Part shown: piece after piece, positions 59,635 to 64,000 of the stretch
Numbering within the stretch: position 1 is the stretch's first letter
Layout of the letters: every line of letters begins with the position of its first letter
Assembly (NCBI GenBank): GCA_017629515.1
Contig: JAGBXB010000054.1
Span: forward strand, 60 to 64,059
Reading direction: 5' to 3'
Source: Lentisphaeria bacterium
GTDB lineage: Bacteria > Verrucomicrobiota > Lentisphaeria > Victivallales > UBA1829
DNA: 64,000 nucleotides
The notes under the pieces: model-generated
Database searches by the model: none
What the model was told of the DNA's origin: nothing
Seen by the model: the letters and a program-made list of their open reading frames with translations, nothing else
Program-made: the position numbers and the translations under genes

Positions 59635-61818
59635 ATGAAAAGTACAGTTTTTCAATTGGGCGCAACTCTTTTTCAGGCAAATGGAGAAAAAGAATTTCTT
59701 GCAGAAAAAAACACCCCGGTATTCATGGCTGAAAATGCTTCTGTTACCGGAAAAATACAAAAGGATTTTACACCTGAAGGAATAGAATCTTTCCGGAGTT
59801 CTTTTTCAGTTTCCAAAGAAAAACAGGGCAGATTTTTTATTGATCTGCTCTTCCCCTCCTATCAGAAAGACTGGTTTATTTTCATCCCTTCCGCCTGCTA
59901 TGACGGAAACAGGTTCACCCTTATCCCGGCCCCCCCCATGAAACTGTTTATGGTGGATTTCACTCCGGAAGATCCCCTTGATCCTCCTGTCACCATGTTG
60001 GAACTGCCCTCTCTGGACAATGGGTTCAACAGGCAGATCACTGATGGCTCTGCGCCGGTAGTGGGAATCTGGAAAAAGAATGAAAATGAGGCTGTTTTTC
60101 TCTCCTTTGAACAGGGAACAAGTCTTGGTTTCCACGGGATCGAAATGCAGGTAAATGAAGATAATGCGTTGAAAATACGCCTTTCCATCCCCTCTTTACG
60201 CAGAAAAGTATTCCCCATTTGCAAAAATCTGGATACTCCTGCCCGTCTTGTTGCAGGTACAGAAATTGAAACAGCTTTCCAGATCCGGAAGTATGAAGTA
60301 AAAGATTTTGCTTCTTTCTACCGATTCTTTGCGGAGATCCGCAATAAATTCCCGGAACAGAAGGAATATTGCAATACCCGTTCTTTCTCCCATGCGGCAG
60401 ATATCATGATGGAGCATTTCAACAAAGACAGATGGAATGAAAAATGGGGCTTTTACGGCAAAAGTATCAAGAATAATATGAGAGTTGATTTCGGCTGGGT
60501 CTCCTTTGTGGAACTTCCTGCCATTCTTGTCCGTGGCGGGGAGGAAGAAACGGAAAGAGTCTGTAAACAACTTACCGGATATTTTGAAAATGCCCCCCGG
60601 GAAAGCGGCCTTTTCCATCCGGCAGTACAGGAACGGGATGGCGTTCTTTCCTATGAACACTCTTTTGTGCAGAGAAGTCTTCCATCCTTCCCCCGGCCCT
60701 GGGGGTATCTGCGTCATCAGTGCGAATCCCTTCTCACCTGCCTGAAATGTCTGATGATCCTTGAAGAAAAAGGCAGAAACATTCCGGAAAACTGGAAAAA
60801 CGCTCTTACCGGATTGGCTGATGCGTTGCAGGGGATCTGGGAAAAATACGGTCAGCTGGGCTTTATGGTGGACTTGGAGACAAAAGAGATCCTCTGCGGA
60901 AATTCCGACAGCGGCTGTACTGCTCCCGCAGCATTGCTTCTTGCTTCAAAATATCTGGGAAGAAAAGATTTTTACCATACGGCACTGGAAATGGGGGATT
61001 TTTATCTTGCACGGCTGAATAAATATGGCTATACCTTTGGCGGCCCGGGGGACGCTCTTATGGCTCCCGACAGTGAATCCGCCTTTGCCATGCTGGAAAT
61101 GTTTACCCTTCTTTATGAAGATACGCAGGATGAAAAATGGCTTTCCGCCGCTGAATTTTCTGCGGACTACTGTTCCAGCTGGACTCCTGCCGTTGCATGG
61201 AAGTTTCCGGAAAACTCCCTCTTTGACCGCATGAAGATCGACTGCCGCGGGGCAGTTCAGGCAAACTTGCAGAATCAGCATGGAGCTCCCGGCCCCTGCA
61301 CACTTTCCGCATCGGCTTTGATGAGATTGTACTGTTATACCGGCAAAGAGCGTTTCCTGCTGCTTTTACAGGAAATCGCCCATAACTGTGTGCAGTATAT
61401 TTCCACAAAAGATCATCCCATGCGTTGCGATGCGACAGGAAAAGAACTGGAATACGGGGCGATCTGTGAAAAAGTCTTCTTCCAGGATTACAGCGGTCAG
61501 CAGGGGGACAATCCCAGTTATGACGGCGGCTGGACGGAAAGCAGTGTACTGCTTACCATTACCGAAGATCCGGGCATACTCTGGGATCTGGAAAAGAACA
61601 AAGTCTTTGTTCTTGACCATGTGGAAGCAGAGATTTGCAACAGCGGTATAAAGGTGAAAAACCCTCTTTCCTATCCTGTTTCTGTTACCTGCAAGATTCT
61701 GGATAAGGAAGCACGCATCCCCTCTCTGGAAAAAGGTTTGTTCCCCTGTAACGCATATAAACAACTCACCCTTGCTCCGGGGGAGACAAAAACTTTTACT
61801 GCACTGGAATTGAAATAA
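59635..61818 (+). CDS. Hypothetical protein, probable (alpha/alpha)6 glycoside hydrolase-like
   Basis: Beta-rich N-domain then helical repeats (GGPGD..APDSESAF, LYEDTQDEKWL, ANLQNQH, YTGKERFL). Confidence 0.55.
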   Translation: MKSTVFQLGATLFQANGEKEFLAEKNTPVFMAENASVTGKIQKDFTPEGIESFRSSFSVSKEKQGRFFIDLLFPSYQKDWFIFIPSACYDGNRFTLIPAPPMKLFMVDFTPEDPLDPPVTMLELPSLDNGFNRQITDGSAPVVGIWKKNENEAVFLSFEQGTSLGFHGIEMQVNEDNALKIRLSIPSLRRKVFPICKNLDTPARLVAGTEIETAFQIRKYEVKDFASFYRFFAEIRNKFPEQKEYCNTRSFSHAADIMMEHFNKDRWNEKWGFYGKSIKNNMRVDFGWVSFVELPAILVRGGEEETERVCKQLTGYFENAPRESGLFHPAVQERDGVLSYEHSFVQRSLPSFPRPWGYLRHQCESLLTCLKCLMILEEKGRNIPENWKNALTGLADALQGIWEKYGQLGFMVDLETKEILCGNSDSGCTAPAALLLASKYLGRKDFYHTALEMGDFYLARLNKYGYTFGGPGDALMAPDSESAFAMLEMFTLLYEDTQDEKWLSAAEFSADYCSSWTPAVAWKFPENSLFDRMKIDCRGAVQANLQNQHGAPGPCTLSASALMRLYCYTGKERFLLLLQEIAHNCVQYISTKDHPMRCDATGKELEYGAICEKVFFQDYSGQQGDNPSYDGGWTESSVLLTITEDPGILWDLEKNKVFVLDHVEAEICNSGIKVKNPLSYPVSVTCKILDKEARIPSLEKGLFPCNAYKQLTLAPGETKTFTALELK

Positions 61819-61842
61819 ATAAACCTAACGAAAGGAAATATT

Positions 61843-63489
61843 ATGTTGGAAAGTCTGAAAAAAAATCCCGCTTTCACCAAAAGACGGGGACCGGTTGTAT
61901 TGATGATCATGGATGGCGTGGGCATTGGAAAATATGCCGAAGGGGATGCAGTTCTGGATTCCCCCACTCCTTTCCTGCACAAACTTATGAAAGAAGAACC
62001 CATGACCCTTCTCAAAGCCCATGGTACTGCTGTGGGACTGCCCTCCGATGATGATATGGGCAACAGTGAAGTAGGACACAATGCCATGGGTTGCGGAAGA
62101 GTTTTCGCCCAGGGCGCAAAACTGGTCACCCAGGCTATTGAAACCGGCAAAATGTTTGAAGGAGCCACCTGGAAAAAGATCGTGGATAAAGTCAACAATG
62201 CTTCTTCCACACTTCATTTCATCGGACTCTTTTCCGATGGAAATGTCCACAGTAATATAGCCCACCTTAAAGGCATGATCGAACAGGCAAAGAAAGACGG
62301 CGTCAAATGCGTGCGTATCCATACTCTCCTTGACGGCCGTGACGTGCCTGAAACTTCCGCCCTTGATTATATCGATCCCTTTGAAGAATATCTCAAAAAT
62401 CTGGGGGAAGATTATGCCATTGCCTCCGGCGGCGGCCGCATGACCATTACCATGGACCGTTACGGTGCCAACTGGGATATGGTCAAACAGGGTTGGGCTA
62501 CCCATGTGAAAGGGGAAGGCAGATTCTTTGCTTCCGCCCATGAAGCTGTGGAAACATTGCGTGCTGAAAGTAAAGCCATTGACCAGGATCTTCCTGCATT
62601 TGTGATCTCCAGAGACGGCAAAACTCCTCTGGGAGCCATCAAAGACGGCGATGCAGTCATCTACTTCAACTTCCGCGGTGACCGTGCCATTGAGATCAGT
62701 CAGGCCTTCGATCAGGGGGATGAATTTGACAAGTTCGACAGAGGGGCAAAGCCCGATGTACTGTATGCCGGTATGATGGAATATGACGGAGACTTGCACA
62801 TCCCCAACAACTTCCTTGTAAATCCCCCGGAAATCGACCGGACTCTGGATGAATATCTCTGCTCTTCCTCCATCCGTCAGTTTGCCGTAAGCGAAACCCA
62901 GAAATACGGTCATGTGACCTACTTCTTCAATGGTAACCGTTCCGGAAAATTCGATGAAGCAGCTGAAGAATATGTGGAAGTCAAATCCGATGTGGTTCCC
63001 TTTGAACAGCGTCCCTGGATGAAATGTGCGGAAATCACCGATATCGTCTGCGATACCATCAAAGAAGGCAAATTTGATTTCATCCGTCTCAACTACCCCA
63101 ACGGGGATATGGTGGGTCATACCGGAGATTATCAGGCTGTCCAGGTCTCCATGGGCGCATTGGATCTCTGTCTGAAACGGGTCTATGATGCGGTTACTGC
63201 CGCAGGCGGTGTCCTTGTCATCACCGCCGACCACGGAAACGCCGACGATATGTATGAACACAATAAGGACGGTTCTGTGAAACGGGGCAAAGACGGTGCC
63301 ATCAAACGTAAAACCAGTCACTCCCTCAATCCTGTTCCCTGTATCATCTATGACCCGGAATACAAAGAGGACTATTCCAAAGAACTCAATACCGGTCTCG
63401 GGATCAGTTCTGTTGCCGCAACCTGCATGTGTCTGCTTGGACTCGTTCCTCCCGCAGATTATGATAAAGCGGTCATCAATGTAAAATAA
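61843..63489 (+). CDS. gpmI: 2,3-bisphosphoglycerate-independent phosphoglycerate mutase
   Basis: MGNSEVGH, DGRDV, NFRGDR, ETQKYGHVT, DMVGHTG, TADHGN. Confidence 0.96.
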   Translation: MLESLKKNPAFTKRRGPVVLMIMDGVGIGKYAEGDAVLDSPTPFLHKLMKEEPMTLLKAHGTAVGLPSDDDMGNSEVGHNAMGCGRVFAQGAKLVTQAIETGKMFEGATWKKIVDKVNNASSTLHFIGLFSDGNVHSNIAHLKGMIEQAKKDGVKCVRIHTLLDGRDVPETSALDYIDPFEEYLKNLGEDYAIASGGGRMTITMDRYGANWDMVKQGWATHVKGEGRFFASAHEAVETLRAESKAIDQDLPAFVISRDGKTPLGAIKDGDAVIYFNFRGDRAIEISQAFDQGDEFDKFDRGAKPDVLYAGMMEYDGDLHIPNNFLVNPPEIDRTLDEYLCSSSIRQFAVSETQKYGHVTYFFNGNRSGKFDEAAEEYVEVKSDVVPFEQRPWMKCAEITDIVCDTIKEGKFDFIRLNYPNGDMVGHTGDYQAVQVSMGALDLCLKRVYDAVTAAGGVLVITADHGNADDMYEHNKDGSVKRGKDGAIKRKTSHSLNPVPCIIYDPEYKEDYSKELNTGLGISSVAATCMCLLGLVPPADYDKAVINVK

Positions 63490-63497
63490 AAGTCCTC

Positions 63498-63520
63498 CGG
63501 GTACGGTTCTTCCGTACCCG
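63498..63520 (+). terminator. Hairpin after gpmI
   Basis: CGGGTACGG-TTCTT-CCGTACCCG. Confidence 0.5.
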
Positions 63521-63540
63521 TTCAAAAAGAAAGGTTTGTC

Positions 63541-64000
63541 ATGGTTTCAGAAAACAGCGGAAAAAAGCCCCTTCTTCTTGTGGATGCTTATTCCCAGATC
63601 TACCGGGGATTTTATGCGGTACGCTCTTTAAGCAATTCAAAGGGCCTGCCCTCCAATGCTGTTTTTGCCATGGCAAAACTTCTTTTGAGACTGGAAAAAG
63701 AGTATCCTGCTTTCGACGGGGCATTTGTTTTTGATAAAGGAAAAATAGAAAAACGCCTTGCCGTTGCCCCGGATTATAAAGCAAACCGCCCCCCCATGCC
63801 GGAGGAACTGAAAATACAGATCCCTTATATCCGGGATCTTATCCGTGCTTTCGGCTGGAATATTATTGAATATGAAGGCTATGAAGCCGATGACCTTATG
63901 GGGGCAATGGCAAAATCTTTTGACGGAAGAAAAGTATTGATCCTCTCTTCCGATAAGGATATAAGCCAGGTCATTGATAAAGAGGACAGAGTCAATATGC
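63541..64000 (+). CDS. polA: 5'-3' exonuclease domain (DNA polymerase I N-terminus), truncated by window edge
   Basis: Manual translation: LLLVDAYSQIYRGFYA...YKANRPPMPEEL...GYEADD...SSDKD. Could be a stand-alone exonuclease instead. Confidence 0.8.
   Translation, partial: MVSENSGKKPLLLVDAYSQIYRGFYAVRSLSNSKGLPSNAVFAMAKLLLRLEKEYPAFDGAFVFDKGKIEKRLAVAPDYKANRPPMPEELKIQIPYIRDLIRAFGWNIIEYEGYEADDLMGAMAKSFDGRKVLILSSDKDISQVIDKEDRVNM

Noticed and set aside
61825-63525. 566-aa antisense ORF
   Set aside because: Shadow of gpmI.

Overview
Bacterial chromosomal window, most consistent with a Lentisphaerota/Victivallales-like anaerobe (inferred from the FTLIELLVV prepilin-type genes paired with DUF4838-like proteins and from several AraC regulators and glycoside hydrolases). 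It holds about 45 genes and 4 tRNAs. Housekeeping genes: glmM-like, rsmE, hemW, addAB, ispE, gpmI and the start of polA. Carbohydrate genes: GH2, GH29, Gfo/Idh/MocA enzymes and two pilin-like + DUF4838 cassettes. There is also an AT-rich polysaccharide cassette. No CRISPR array, integrase, transposase or reverse transcriptase was recognised. The most unusual features are: (1) an operon of a U32-type Fe-S protein plus three tandem QueG/RdhA-fold Fe-S paralogs, divergent from a LacI gene; (2) a prepilin gene whose FTLIELLV motif is duplicated around an in-frame, hairpin-rich segment (177-bp period); (3) a 20-bp-period array of variable-stem GCA-triloop hairpins after tRNA-Pro; (4) a probable two-state structured RNA leader upstream of an orphan membrane gene. 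Family assignments come from recognising motifs by eye, not from database searches.
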